Below, one piece after another: positions 26,749-37,414 of a stretch of 52,819 nucleotides of DNA (the stretch's first letter is position 1; each line of letters opens with the position of its first letter). Where the stretch lies: assembly GCA_003551065.1 (NCBI GenBank), contig PULU01000092.1, positions 1-52,819 of the forward strand. The letters run 5' to 3'. Source of the DNA: Thermoplasmata archaeon. Lineage in GTDB: Archaea > Thermoplasmatota > Thermoplasmata > Halarchaeoplasmatales > Halarchaeoplasmataceae. A program made the position numbers and the translations under genes. Under the pieces are notes generated by a model, which ran no database searches, had not been told where the DNA came from, and saw only the letters and a list, made by a program, of their open reading frames with translations.

Positions 26749-28569
26749 ATGTCTATCGTAAGGTTGGGTAAATTACACCTACATTGGTGTAAAAATTGTA
26801 ACGTCCCTATCGTAGAAAAGGGTGAGTGTGGGATATGCTCCGATGAAGGTAGTCAAGTTAAGATCACACCCCCAGGTGATGTACGGCCTGCTTTTGGATC
26901 TGATATCGCACTCATAAAAGAAATCATAGATAAACAGTGGGGTACTTCTTATTCCGACAATATCTTAGATCAAAATGATGTTGTACTTCTGAATAGTTCC
27001 CCCCATCTAGATAGGATGGACGAGGTCATAATCGATGGTCGAGTAATCGGTAATTTACGTTATAATGTCTTCAAGAAAGCTAGAGGAGAAGAACCCTATG
27101 AATTCCTCATCCGTCCCTGGGACGGTCTTGAAGAACCAGAGAGAGGTTATGTAATCGTTGACCGAGGAGCTGTCAATCCGATACTGAACGGGGCTAGTAT
27201 ATTGGCACCAGGAATAATTGATGTTCATGAAGATATCGACGAGGGCGACGAGGTATTGATATTGGATAAAGATCTTGACGTCATCGCCACGGGTCCAGCC
27301 CAGATGGATGCCCAAGAGATGAAAACATCCGATCATGGAAAGGCAGTTAAAAACCGCTGGAGGATCTCTGATAATACATCGAATGGTATTTCGAACGATT
27401 GGGATAAGGTTTTGGAGGCCAATAAACATCTTATAAAAAGAAGAGTAGAAAAGGCTATCAATTTCATAAAAAGAGAGATAAAAAAGAATGATCTCCCTCT
27501 AGCGGTGGCTTACAGTGGTGGGAAGGACTCTTTAGCAACACTTCATTTGGTTTTACATGCTGAAGTCAAACCAGACCTAATGTTTATCGATACTGGCATC
27601 GAGTTACCAGAAACCGTTGAAAATGTAACACATATCGCTGATAAACATGACCTTGATCTGATTTCAAAGAAGGCTGAAAGTGGATATTGGAATAATGTGG
27701 ATCACTTTGGCCCATCTGCTCGAGATTATAGATGGTGTTGCAAAACATGTAAGCTAGGTCCGACAGCTCTTTTGATCGATAAAAATTATCCCGAGGGTGT
27801 TCTGTCATTCATTGGTCAGCGAAGATATGAATCCAAGCAAAGGATGGATAAGGGTAATACTTGGGACAATCCATGGGTCCCGGGTCAGGAATCTGCCTCA
27901 CCTATACAGGAATGGACCGCATTGCATGTTTGGATGTACCTTTTTATGAAGGATGCCGACTATAATCCACTCTACGAAGAAGGTTTTGAAAGGATTGGAT
28001 GCTGGCTCTGCCCAGCTTCAGACCTAGCAGAGTTTGAATCTTTAGAAAACAGATATGATGAGTTCCATAAGCTCGATGAAATGCTTGACGACTTCAAGGA
28101 AAAAGCAGGACTTCCTGGCATATGGAAAGATCTAGGCATGTGGAGGTGGATCGATATTCCTAAAAATATGCAGGAAATATTGGATATTACAGATGAAGAG
28201 TCTATAACTGAGATTGATACCGATATCCCGAAACCCCAAATACCAGATATGCTTGAGGATAAGAGAACCAGGGAATTATTACAGATCATACTTTCTCTAG
28301 ATGATATATTACCAACCGAAAACTGTGATGTAGATGAGCTCCTCGACACGGTCAATAAAAATGGATTAGAACAAGATGAGATATATGAGATATATTTGAA
28401 GGCAAGGTATTGCACCGAATGTGGCATCTGTGTAGCTAGATGTCCCAACGATGCATTGTCTTTTGAAGATGGGATCTCGATATCGTCGGAAAAGTGTAGT
28501 AGCTGTAGGATTTGTTTAGGTAAATGTCCTGTCGTTGAATATCATCAAAGAGTTATTTTGAAAGATTGA
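26749..28569 (+). CDS. PAPS-reductase-family protein with Zn ribbon, PUA domain and C-terminal 2x[4Fe-4S] domain
   Basis: WCKNCNVP..CGIC, PUA (VDRGAV..ILNGA.ILAPGI), SGGKDS, RWCCKTCK, RIGCWLCP, CTECGICVARCP...CSSCRICLGKCP. Start moved to MSIVRLG. Confidence 0.88.
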   Translation: MSIVRLGKLHLHWCKNCNVPIVEKGECGICSDEGSQVKITPPGDVRPAFGSDIALIKEIIDKQWGTSYSDNILDQNDVVLLNSSPHLDRMDEVIIDGRVIGNLRYNVFKKARGEEPYEFLIRPWDGLEEPERGYVIVDRGAVNPILNGASILAPGIIDVHEDIDEGDEVLILDKDLDVIATGPAQMDAQEMKTSDHGKAVKNRWRISDNTSNGISNDWDKVLEANKHLIKRRVEKAINFIKREIKKNDLPLAVAYSGGKDSLATLHLVLHAEVKPDLMFIDTGIELPETVENVTHIADKHDLDLISKKAESGYWNNVDHFGPSARDYRWCCKTCKLGPTALLIDKNYPEGVLSFIGQRRYESKQRMDKGNTWDNPWVPGQESASPIQEWTALHVWMYLFMKDADYNPLYEEGFERIGCWLCPASDLAEFESLENRYDEFHKLDEMLDDFKEKAGLPGIWKDLGMWRWIDIPKNMQEILDITDEESITEIDTDIPKPQIPDMLEDKRTRELLQIILSLDDILPTENCDVDELLDTVNKNGLEQDEIYEIYLKARYCTECGICVARCPNDALSFEDGISISSEKCSSCRICLGKCPVVEYHQRVILKD

Positions 28570-28571
28570 TT

Positions 28572-29654
28572 TCAACCAAAGATATCTAATAAGTCATCCA
28601 CACAGGCATCGGTTTTTAATCCAGTAGGTTTAAAATGGGTTCTAGATGTACAAAATCCATTATCTTTTATCTTTTCTTCAAATTGATCCATAGGTGGTGG
28701 TGCCATCTTAAAATAACTGCTGACCATATTACTATCATAAAAGAATGGAGGCATACCACATTCATCTGACCAAACAGATAAAGCCTCTTCATCGAATTCG
28801 CCTATAGGCTGTATCTTTTTAAGGATTTCTTTAGAAAAGAGATTTCCACTCCATAACGGCCCTGCTTTTCTCAGACCCTTTCCTTGATCATCTAGATACC
28901 AACCTAATTCATCAAAGTAGAACGTATCCAACTTATCCAAGGCTTTATTCCCTCTCTTCGCTCCCTCTCGGATCTTTAAATAAGTTCTAAAATGATGACC
29001 ATTGTAGTATGAAATCAGAGGAGTAGCACCTTTATCAAACCTAGCTGCTTCCCTGATACAGAATCCCATGAGTATCCGTAGACCTATCTCATGACAGCAC
29101 CAGTTATTCACTGGATGTGCAGAGTACCTTCGCTGGCATACCTTAGGATAAGTTCCACACAATGGGGCAGTGTCCGTAGCAGTTACCGCTATAACACCGT
29201 GGTTGGACACCGATCTGACTGCAGGAGAAAAATAAGGTACTGGAGTTCCGAAGGGATCTATATCGATGTAGTCATATTTATAACGGTTTTCTAAAAGATG
29301 GATCTCTATAGCCTCTTGGCTGGTTTTCACATCCTGAAGACTATTCAATTCTATATTCTTCTTTATAAGATCGATGGAGTCTTTATCGACATCGTTTATT
29401 ACAACTGTCTCACAATCTACCTCGTTAGCCATGCGAACACCTCTAGCTCCTGAAGCGGCCGTACCGTCCAATAGCGTTTCTTTCCCTTTACACCAGGTTT
29501 TCAAAAAAGATATGCAGATATCCCTGTTCATTTTCATAGCTGGATTATAAAAAACCTTTGTTCTAGAACTCCTAGGACCGAGATGTTCCTCATGTTCTGG
29601 AACAAGCAGTATAGTCTCTTCTTCTCTGATCTTGATTAAATCCAAAGGTACCAC
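28572..29654 (-). CDS. trm1: tRNA (guanine26-N2)-dimethyltransferase
   Basis: VFYNP.M..NRD, ASGARG.R, IDIDPFGTP, VTATD, E.GLRIL, GPLW.G, RTHF...G.KTDA. Confidence 0.94.
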   Translation of the reverse strand: MVPLDLIKIREEETILLVPEHEEHLGPRSSRTKVFYNPAMKMNRDICISFLKTWCKGKETLLDGTAASGARGVRMANEVDCETVVINDVDKDSIDLIKKNIELNSLQDVKTSQEAIEIHLLENRYKYDYIDIDPFGTPVPYFSPAVRSVSNHGVIAVTATDTAPLCGTYPKVCQRRYSAHPVNNWCCHEIGLRILMGFCIREAARFDKGATPLISYYNGHHFRTYLKIREGAKRGNKALDKLDTFYFDELGWYLDDQGKGLRKAGPLWSGNLFSKEILKKIQPIGEFDEEALSVWSDECGMPPFFYDSNMVSSYFKMAPPPMDQFEEKIKDNGFCTSRTHFKPTGLKTDACVDDLLDIFG

Positions 29655-29686
29655 ATACCATATATGACCTATTTGACCTAGCCGTA

Positions 29687-30229
29687 TCAGATTTCTTCTT
29701 TGAAAAGGTCTACGACTTTATAAGGTAGAAGATCGCGGTTTACATCCGTAAGTTCCAACATCCTTACATCATCTCTTCTTCTTACATCTTGAAGTAATGG
29801 ATTCCTAGATTTCTTGTTGAATGTCAAGATCATCGGTTTGTTAACATCCAGTGCTATTTTAACCATATTGTTGAATTCTTCACTTTCCACTTCCATCTTC
29901 CCGATTTCATCTACGAGTATGAGATCTTCGTTTCGTATGGCGTCTTCGATAGCCCTCACCCCTACCTGGTTCAAAGCATCCAGATCTACTCCATAACCTT
30001 TGATACGTATAGATGAATCTAGGTTAAGGTGAGCAAAAACAGCCTTCTCTTTTGTTTTCCAGTTCATAACTTGGAATCCCATCTGTCTGTTATCTTCGAG
30101 TATAGGTTCGGTGATCATCCCTCCTACACTCACTCCCTCTTCAGAAAGCATATCTATAATCCTCTTCAATGTATCGGTTTTGCCGATACCGATGACACCA
30201 CTTATACCCACTTTTAAGCTTTTTACCAT
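29687..30229 (-). CDS. THEP1-family nucleoside triphosphatase
   Basis: G..GIGKT, VGGMIT, ILVDEIGKME, NRD.L. Confidence 0.92.
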   Translation of the reverse strand: MVKSLKVGISGVIGIGKTDTLKRIIDMLSEEGVSVGGMITEPILEDNRQMGFQVMNWKTKEKAVFAHLNLDSSIRIKGYGVDLDALNQVGVRAIEDAIRNEDLILVDEIGKMEVESEEFNNMVKIALDVNKPMILTFNKKSRNPLLQDVRRRDDVRMLELTDVNRDLLPYKVVDLFKEEI

Positions 30230-30321
30230 CTTTATCTAGTACCCCTAAACGTTCTTCTTATACTTGTATTTTATTTAAATTTTCATCTATTTTCTATTTG
30301 TGAATATTTTTTATCGTAAGT

Positions 30322-30702
30322 TTATTCTAATTTGTCAATATACATAAGAGGGTAGTTCAATTCTTTGATGTATTTCAATATGCCTACAGCTTCAATACCT
30401 TTGTATTCCACGGTTATCTCTGCTTCGATCATGTCTTCAGTAAGAGTGTTGTATTCAAAAACACCTTCCTTACCATCTCTTTTTCCTCTCCCCAGATCGA
30501 TATTAATCTTTGCTGATTTGACGTATGCTTGTCGTTCGGTTGTTTCCTCCATAGCTCTAGACAGTATCTTTGCGTTATCTTCAGTAACAGGAGCTCCGAT
30601 GAATTGATGGAAGAGTGAACCCAGTTTTATACCTAATTCAAAGGCTGTTCTCTCTCGGTCGTCACAATTAAAATAATTATCCGCTATTCCTTCCTTATCC
30701 AT
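30322..30702 (-). CDS. mptD: Archaeal dihydroneopterin aldolase (MptD)
   Basis: RERTAFELGIKLGSLFHQFIGAPV ... YPLMYI; start moved to MDKEG. Confidence 0.88.
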   Translation of the reverse strand: MDKEGIADNYFNCDDRERTAFELGIKLGSLFHQFIGAPVTEDNAKILSRAMEETTERQAYVKSAKINIDLGRGKRDGKEGVFEYNTLTEDMIEAEITVEYKGIEAVGILKYIKELNYPLMYIDKLE

Positions 30703-31429
30703 ATCTATCAACCAACATAGGACCAATTATAATGTATATTATACAGATAAACAGTGTTATCAATATAAATAAATTCCCACCTCCTATGGAGAGATGATCC
30801 ATATACAATCCCAAAAATGCAACCACTAAAAATATCAAACCGATACCCTTTAATTTTATACCACTCAATTTAGGATAGGATATATTACTGTATAGTAAAA
30901 AAGAAACGAACATGATACTTAACAAAGGTATGTATTGAGATATTACGTATTTTTCTCCCCATCCCACGAGGAATGTGATCGAGACTATCAATAGAGTGTA
31001 GAGTGGTGTTGGTAAACCTCTATATATCGACTCGACGTGACTTACATCTGCAAATCTAGAGAGTCTTAATACTCCAAAGAAAACCACCATCATCGGGACT
31101 AACGTGGCTAATGCGTTAATTGGAGATTCCCATGCCCGGCCTAATGTGATATCATAGTATGATGAGTAAACCAGCAAGGCAGGGGCAAAGCAGAAAGATA
31201 TGATATCGGAGAACATGTCCAAGTATGATCCCAATTCATGCACAGTATCTAATTTCCTGGCGACATATCCATCCAATCCGTCGATACCGATACAGACAAT
31301 TAAAAGCATAGAGGAAAGAAGATATCTTTCATCCAATATGTATGTTATAGCGAGGAAGCCTAACAGACCGTTTGATAGGGTGATATAGTCAGCTATACTG
31401 AGTTTTTTAATAGTTCTCCAGAACTTCAT
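30695..31429 (-). CDS. pssA: CDP-archaeol:serine archaetidyltransferase (PssA-like)
   Basis: DGLDGYVARK......G..LD..SD.ISF..APA, LRLSRF, GLPTP; adjacent to the decarboxylase. Confidence 0.88.
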   Translation of the reverse strand: MKFWRTIKKLSIADYITLSNGLLGFLAITYILDERYLLSSMLLIVCIGIDGLDGYVARKLDTVHELGSYLDMFSDIISFCFAPALLVYSSYYDITLGRAWESPINALATLVPMMVVFFGVLRLSRFADVSHVESIYRGLPTPLYTLLIVSITFLVGWGEKYVISQYIPLLSIMFVSFLLYSNISYPKLSGIKLKGIGLIFLVVAFLGLYMDHLSIGGGNLFILITLFICIIYIIIGPMLVDRYG

Positions 31430-32028
31430 TTTATAACACCTATAGTTGATTCTCCGGCTTTCACTTTCATCCCCTCCTGAACAGTAATCTCAAACTTTTT
31501 TGGGAGATCTACTCTGACTCTAGAACCGAAGCGGATAATACCTATACGTTGACCTTTTTTAAGATGGTCTCCTTCTTCTATATAAGGAACTATCCTGCGT
31601 GCAAATATGCCGGTGATCTGGTATATACTCATCTTTCCATGATCTGTGTTTAATATGATCTGATGTCGAAAGTTCCTCTCAGAGGATTTAGAATAAGCGG
31701 GCTTGAAACTTCCTTCCTTCATCTTAGTATTCTCAACCCTTCCTCCGTATGGTGATCTATTTACATGGACATCGGTAATGTTCATAAATATGTCTAATCT
31801 GTTTACGTCTTTATTGACTACGATCACTTTTCCATCTGCCGGGGAAACAACCCCCCCACCTACATCTCTATCTGGGTCCCTAAAGAATATGATAACGGCG
31901 ATCAATAATACGATGAATAGCCCAGCGATATAGTATGACGGGGTCCAAAAAAATGCACCTATTATCAAAGTAATGATGGCGGGTACTGCCGATATGGAAA
32001 TAGGCTTAACTGCTCCACGGGCTATCAT
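31426..32028 (-). CDS. psd: Archaetidylserine (phosphatidylserine) decarboxylase proenzyme
   Basis: FFRDP.R, SPADGKV, IFM...DVHVNRSP, ARRI, IRFGSRV self-cleavage motif. Confidence 0.92.
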   Translation of the reverse strand: MIARGAVKPISISAVPAIITLIIGAFFWTPSYYIAGLFIVLLIAVIIFFRDPDRDVGGGVVSPADGKVIVVNKDVNRLDIFMNITDVHVNRSPYGGRVENTKMKEGSFKPAYSKSSERNFRHQIILNTDHGKMSIYQITGIFARRIVPYIEEGDHLKKGQRIGIIRFGSRVRVDLPKKFEITVQEGMKVKAGESTIGVIK

Positions 32029-32080
32029 AGATATTAAAAAAGAAAGAGGGGTAAATGTTTTTTGTTATCTCTTTTTCTCA

Positions 32081-33220
32081 TCAATCTACCATATCGATGC
32101 CTTCTTTCGTGAATTTCATGGATTCATGGGCTTCCTCATCAGATTCAGCCTGAACGTTGGTTATTACCAGAAGTATCTTTATCTCGTTTTTGAGATCTTC
32201 GATGACATTACAACCCCATATGATCCTAGCTTCACCAGATATCTTTTGGTTGACTAGTTCTGCCGCTCTTTCTGCTTCTGTGACAGTCATATCTGGTCCA
32301 CCTGTAACCCTTATAAGAGCTCCGTTAGCATCGCTTACATCTATGTCGCCGAGGAGTGGTGAACTAATCGCCTGTTCGACAGCATCATCTACTCTGTTAT
32401 TCGGGTCTTTTGAGTCGCCGATACCTATCATAGCTACACCCCCGTCGTCCATTATAGTTCTCAGGTCGTTGTAATCCAAGTTGACAAGACCGGGTTTTGT
32501 AATTATCTCGGTCATCCCTTTGATGGATTCCATCAATATCTCGTCTGCTACTTTAAAGGCTGCATTCAAGGAAAGATTAGGAACAAGTTCCAATAACTTG
32601 TCGTTAGGGATTATAACAGTCGTATCACAAAATCTCTCCATCTTCAAAAGGCCACGTTTAGCATTTTTCATCCTTTCTCTACCTTCTCCCTCGAAAGGCA
32701 ACGTAACGATCCCCATGACTAGAGCTTCTTCTTCCTTTGCCATCTCTGCTATCACCGGGGCTACACCTGTTCCGGTGCCACCTCCCATCCCTGCTGTTAT
32801 ATAAACTATATCAGAACCTTTGATATATCTCTCTAATTCGTCTTTTGACTCTCTAGCGGATTCTTCACCGATCTCTGGTCTCGCTCCTGCACCTAGTCCG
32901 CGTGTTGTGTTTTTACCGATGAGTACCTTTTTTTGAGCGTGAGTATGCAGGAGATGTTTTGCATCAGTGTTACATGCTATCAGGTCTGCTCCTGTGATCA
33001 CTTCTTCTGAAATACGATCTAGGGTATTGCATCCTCCTCCACCACAGCCGAATATTTTTATCTGAACCTCGAGTTGATCCACTAGGTTTCTAAGTTCTTC
33101 ATCTTCTGGAGCTTTTTCGATATCTTCTACATCTTCTACGGTCTTACCTCTCGGTTTTTCCTTATCTTTTTCTTCATCCTTCTCGTGCTTATTTAAAGCT
33201 TGGTTGACTATTGATTCCAT
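32081..33220 (-). CDS. ftsZ: Cell division protein FtsZ
   Basis: GCGGGGCN, NTDA, GLGAGA.P, GMGGGTGTG, PNDKL, NLDYND. Confidence 0.97.
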   Translation of the reverse strand: MESIVNQALNKHEKDEEKDKEKPRGKTVEDVEDIEKAPEDEELRNLVDQLEVQIKIFGCGGGGCNTLDRISEEVITGADLIACNTDAKHLLHTHAQKKVLIGKNTTRGLGAGARPEIGEESARESKDELERYIKGSDIVYITAGMGGGTGTGVAPVIAEMAKEEEALVMGIVTLPFEGEGRERMKNAKRGLLKMERFCDTTVIIPNDKLLELVPNLSLNAAFKVADEILMESIKGMTEIITKPGLVNLDYNDLRTIMDDGGVAMIGIGDSKDPNNRVDDAVEQAISSPLLGDIDVSDANGALIRVTGGPDMTVTEAERAAELVNQKISGEARIIWGCNVIEDLKNEIKILLVITNVQAESDEEAHESMKFTKEGIDMVD

Positions 33221-33454
33221 ATAAGATCCCGTCCATTAAGTTGAAAATGGAACTTATTTAAAGTATTTAAATCATTTGCATCCCGACACTTTTTTATCTA
33301 CCTTTTCACCTAATTTTTGTCCTATATCTCATAAAAAAATCATTTATTCGCGGTTTTGTCATACGTTTTAATTGTAACCGTCTGACATTTTTAAAAAAAC
33401 TTTCATACTTCAACAATCTTTTTATCTGACTGTATTTTAGGTAAGACAGATAAC

Positions 33455-34375
33455 ATGGAAAAAAGAAAGGTTGAAGATTTCGATATAAACGGCGAGATCA
33501 CCATTGATGAATTGACGTCTCAATATTATAATGCCGGTGGGTTCGTTGCTAAGAAAGTAGGGATAGCTGTCAAAATACTTGAACAGATGATAGATAAGGA
33601 TTGTATCAATTTTCTTTCATTTCCGGCCTGTATAATATCCACTGGTACTAGGGGTGTTATCAAGGAGGCTATAAAAAAGGAATACTTCGATGTTATCATA
33701 ACAACATGTGGTACCCTAGATCACGATCTAGCTAGGGTTTGGGAGGATTATTTTCATGGGTCTTTTTCAGCAGATGATCGTGAGCTGCATTCACAGGGAG
33801 TAAATCGTTTAGGAAATATATTCATTCCGAATTCATCTTATGGTGAAGTACTTGAAAAAAATATGCAGCCTATTTTAGACGAGATAGTCGAATCCTGTGG
33901 TCCGGAACTAGGCCCTAGAGAGGTAATACACGAATTCGGAAAAAGGATCGATGATGAAGATTCGATATTATACTGGGCGGCAAAAAAGGATGTTCCTATC
34001 TATGTCCCGGGGATAACGGATGGAGCCTTCGGATCACAGCTTTGGATGTACTGGCAGAATGATAAAGAGTTCAGCCTTGATATGATGAAAGATCAACAGG
34101 AATTATCTGATATCGTCTTTCCTGCAGACGAAACCGGTGCTCTCATGATAGGTGGCGGTATATCCAAACATCATACCATATGGTGGAACCAGTACAGAGG
34201 AGGTCTAGATCATGCAGTTTACATCACAACTGCAGTGGAATATGACGGATCACTTTCAGGTGCTAGAGTTAGAGAGGCAGTCTCATGGGGTAAAGTAAGA
34301 GAGAAGGCTGACTATGTAACTGTTGAAGGCGATGCTACAGTACTGCTTCCACTCATCCTGGGAAAATTTTTATGA
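33455..34375 (+). CDS. dys: Deoxyhypusine synthase
   Basis: STGTRG, NRLGN, TDGAFG, IGGGISKHH, DGSLSGA...EAVSWGK, EGDAT. Confidence 0.95.
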   Translation: MEKRKVEDFDINGEITIDELTSQYYNAGGFVAKKVGIAVKILEQMIDKDCINFLSFPACIISTGTRGVIKEAIKKEYFDVIITTCGTLDHDLARVWEDYFHGSFSADDRELHSQGVNRLGNIFIPNSSYGEVLEKNMQPILDEIVESCGPELGPREVIHEFGKRIDDEDSILYWAAKKDVPIYVPGITDGAFGSQLWMYWQNDKEFSLDMMKDQQELSDIVFPADETGALMIGGGISKHHTIWWNQYRGGLDHAVYITTAVEYDGSLSGARVREAVSWGKVREKADYVTVEGDATVLLPLILGKFL

Positions 34376-34945
34376 TTATTTCTCTTCCAGTATTTTTTTG
34401 ATATCCTTATAGGTTTCATCGATGGGTTTGTTCGTATCTATAACGTGCCAATCAGAATCAATGATAGAAAATACCTTATTTCTTACTCTTGAAATATCTC
34501 TAAAATTTTCAAAGATCTCTCTATCTTCCCTTTTGTTCAGCCTTTTTAAAGCCTCTTCTGGATTGACATCTAGGAAAAACATATGTTCTGAGGTAGGCAA
34601 TATCTTTCTGAATACCTCATAACTTATACCACATAATGGATCAGGTAAGTAAGCTGTTCCCATCAAGTATCTAACCAATATCAGAACATCGACTTCATCC
34701 TCATCGTAATACTTTTTAAGGGACCGGAACACATCGAGGGCATAAAATATTGATGCCTTTAACTTATTTACAGCGCTTCCATCTTTAAGTAGGGCATCTT
34801 TAGCTATTCTTCCGAATAGGTTATCTCCTTCTGGATGTGATCTAATTTCTACTTTTTTATCCATTCTTTCGAACATATCTTTTATCTTATATGCATGTGT
34901 GTCTTTACCCGACGCATCACATCCATCTATTATGATGAGGTCCAT
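34376..34945 (-). CDS. tmk: Thymidylate kinase family protein
   Basis: IIIDGCDASGKDT, RY..GTAY, FFLDV.PEEA..R...R...E.FE. Confidence 0.82.
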   Translation of the reverse strand: MDLIIIDGCDASGKDTHAYKIKDMFERMDKKVEIRSHPEGDNLFGRIAKDALLKDGSAVNKLKASIFYALDVFRSLKKYYDEDEVDVLILVRYLMGTAYLPDPLCGISYEVFRKILPTSEHMFFLDVNPEEALKRLNKREDREIFENFRDISRVRNKVFSIIDSDWHVIDTNKPIDETYKDIKKILEEK

Positions 34946-35003
34946 AATGTCACCTTAAACATAAATTATAAAATGCCACACATATTTGAACTTACCTCAT
35001 AAC

Positions 35004-35879
35004 TTATAGCAATGCGCCCGAAAGAAATGCTACTAAGCCAAGCATCATAGCTATAAGGGTGAGTTTTCTAAATAGTTTGACGTTCGGTTTGTTTTTTATA
35101 ACCAACGAAGCCGTTACCCAAAGGAAAAGTATGTTCGGTACTGAAACGACTCCGAGATAGACCAAATTACCGTAGAATGTGGAATCAATTTTAACCAAGA
35201 AAGGCAACAAACTGATAATTACGGCACTCAGGAAGAAAATTCCAGCAATGAAAAAGGAATTTTTGTTACCGATGTATAGCGGTAAAGATTTGACTTTCTC
35301 TTTTTTGTCGCCTTCGATGTCCATCACATCTTTAATGATCTCTCTACCAACTCCCGATAGAAAAGCCATCAAAGACAGTACCCAGATGATTGGAGGTATC
35401 ACAGGGGAAAATGCCACCCCACCGAAAAGAAAAGGAACCGCCATGGTATATGCTATGTAGTAATTGCTGAAGACTTTTATTTTTTTCAGCTTGATATCGT
35501 ATGAAAGTGCTAACAACCCAGTTATCAAGGCGATGATAAAACAAGTAATATTTACAAAGAATGCCGATAATAAACCTAAAGGAAAGAAGATAATAGTGAT
35601 GAGTAATGAGGTTTTTGGCGAGATATCACCTCTTACTAAAGGTCTGTCCATGCGCTTATTTAATTTGTCGATGGGATAATCGAAGTAATCGTTCAAAGAA
35701 AACGTGCTTATCTCTAGGAAAATAGCTGTTGATACAGCTAGTGCCAAATTAACTAGATCACCGGGGATACCTTTTTTTGCTATCACTGCACCTATCAATA
35801 CTGCAACAGCTAACATCAATCCATGGTCTAGTCTGATAAGATCCCAAAGACCTTTTAATTTTCGCATGTCTATCCACAT
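35004..35879 (-). CDS. UbiA-family digeranylgeranylglyceryl-phosphate synthase
   Basis: NDYFDY.IDK.N...RPL..G, REIIKD..D.EGD; multi-TM. Start may be 35867. Confidence 0.88.
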   Translation of the reverse strand: MWIDMRKLKGLWDLIRLDHGLMLAVAVLIGAVIAKKGIPGDLVNLALAVSTAIFLEISTFSLNDYFDYPIDKLNKRMDRPLVRGDISPKTSLLITIIFFPLGLLSAFFVNITCFIIALITGLLALSYDIKLKKIKVFSNYYIAYTMAVPFLFGGVAFSPVIPPIIWVLSLMAFLSGVGREIIKDVMDIEGDKKEKVKSLPLYIGNKNSFFIAGIFFLSAVIISLLPFLVKIDSTFYGNLVYLGVVSVPNILFLWVTASLVIKNKPNVKLFRKLTLIAMMLGLVAFLSGALL

Positions 35880-35914
35880 ATCATATAGTGCTTGTTTGAG
35901 GTGAAAATGTATGC

Positions 35915-36385
35915 TTATAGAACGTTTTCAGAGATCTCTTCTCCCTTCATATCCCTTTCACAATAGACGCATTTTAGAGTAACCGGGTCCTTCCCGATAA
36001 CATCGAATTCAGGCTCTACGGGTTCGTTCTGATTAGTTATGCAGGTGTTATTTATGCAACTTACTATACCTTTCACCTTTTCAGGGAGTTTAACATCGTG
36101 TTTTTTTATGACTTCATAATTTCTGATTATGTTTACAGTAGCCCGGGGTGAGATAAGAGAGATTTTGTCCAATTCATCACTTTTTATCTCAATATTCTCG
36201 ACTTTTACTATATCTTTTTTACCCATGCTGCTGTTGACGTTCATCGCTACACTCACAATACTATCCATCTTTTTATCTAGGACTCCAATTATCCTTAGAA
36301 CTTTCATAGCATGACCGTTCTTTATATGATCTATAACTGTTCCATATTCAATTGGGGTTATCTTTATCTTCTTATCTTTATTCAT
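35915..36385 (-). CDS. pyrI: Aspartate carbamoyltransferase regulatory chain
   Basis: GTVIDHI, KKDIVK.E, ATVNII, C.N..CITN, C.YCE. Confidence 0.96.
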   Translation of the reverse strand: MNKDKKIKITPIEYGTVIDHIKNGHAMKVLRIIGVLDKKMDSIVSVAMNVNSSMGKKDIVKVENIEIKSDELDKISLISPRATVNIIRNYEVIKKHDVKLPEKVKGIVSCINNTCITNQNEPVEPEFDVIGKDPVTLKCVYCERDMKGEEISENVL

Positions 36386-37316
36386 TGTATCCCTCCGTTA
36401 GAAGTTTTAAAAGGGCCATCCGTATCGGAACACCATTTGCAGCTTGTTTGAAATATTTTGCATGGGTTGTTGAATCCACATCTGAGTATATCTCATCAAC
36501 CCTAGGTAATGGATGCATTATGATCATATCATCCTTCACATTTTCCAACATATCCTTTTTTATTTTGTAGGTTTCAGCAACTTCTTCGTATTCTTCGTCG
36601 CTTGGGAACCTTTCTCTTTGGATCCTAGTCATGTATAGAACATCAAGATCGTCCAATACATCGGTTATGTTCTCTGCCTTTCTGTATTTTATGTCCATCT
36701 TTTCTATATCTTTGATGATCTCATCTGGAATCTGTAAAGATGCTGGGGCTATGAAGGTCAAATCACAATCATACATCGACAAAGCGTGGGTTAGTGAATG
36801 GACCGTTCTACCGTATTTCAAATCTCCAGCTATGCCTATCTTTTTGTTCTCGATCTCGTCTTTTTCTTCTCTTATGGTGAATAGGTCTAGAAGGGTTTGA
36901 GTTGGATGTTGACCAGCACCATCCCCAGCGTTGATTATAGGTTTTTCTGAAAACTTAGCAGCCAACCTAGCAGCCCCTTCTTGAGGATGTCTTAGAACTA
37001 TTATATCGACGTAGCTGGAGATAACTTGGACCGTATCAGCCAAAGTCTCACCTTTTTTTACAGAAGAGGTACCCGCTCTAGCAAAACCTATGCATGCCCC
37101 TTCCAATCTTTTCATTGCGCTTTCGAAGGATAATCTCGTTCTAGTACTGGGTTCAAAGAACAGTGTACCAAGGATATTTCCTTTCAAAGAGTCGTCACTT
37201 TTATTTCCTTTAGCGATCTCCGTCATATCTCCTGCTAGATCTAGAACAAAGTCTATCTCTTCTTTTGAAAAATCTTTTATGGAAACCACATGTTTTTTAT
37301 TGAATTTCGATACCAT
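36378..37316 (-). CDS. pyrB: Aspartate carbamoyltransferase catalytic chain
   Basis: FFEPSTRTRLSF, NAGDG..QHPTQ, GDLKYGRTVHS, RIQRER, MHPLPR. Confidence 0.97.
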   Translation of the reverse strand: MVSKFNKKHVVSIKDFSKEEIDFVLDLAGDMTEIAKGNKSDDSLKGNILGTLFFEPSTRTRLSFESAMKRLEGACIGFARAGTSSVKKGETLADTVQVISSYVDIIVLRHPQEGAARLAAKFSEKPIINAGDGAGQHPTQTLLDLFTIREEKDEIENKKIGIAGDLKYGRTVHSLTHALSMYDCDLTFIAPASLQIPDEIIKDIEKMDIKYRKAENITDVLDDLDVLYMTRIQRERFPSDEEYEEVAETYKIKKDMLENVKDDMIIMHPLPRVDEIYSDVDSTTHAKYFKQAANGVPIRMALLKLLTEGYNE

Positions 37317-37414
37317 GATTCTCAAAGGGTAATAATGAGAGATAAATATATGATTTTGGATGCCCTTTATATTATTGTTTGAAAGAAAATAAAATCCGTT
37401 TAAAAAGTATATCT

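Noticed and set aside
33256-33272. Perfect inverted repeat ATTTAAA-GTA-TTTAAAT upstream of ftsZ
   Set aside because: Arms are AT-only and coincide with the likely TATA box; no independent evidence for an operator.
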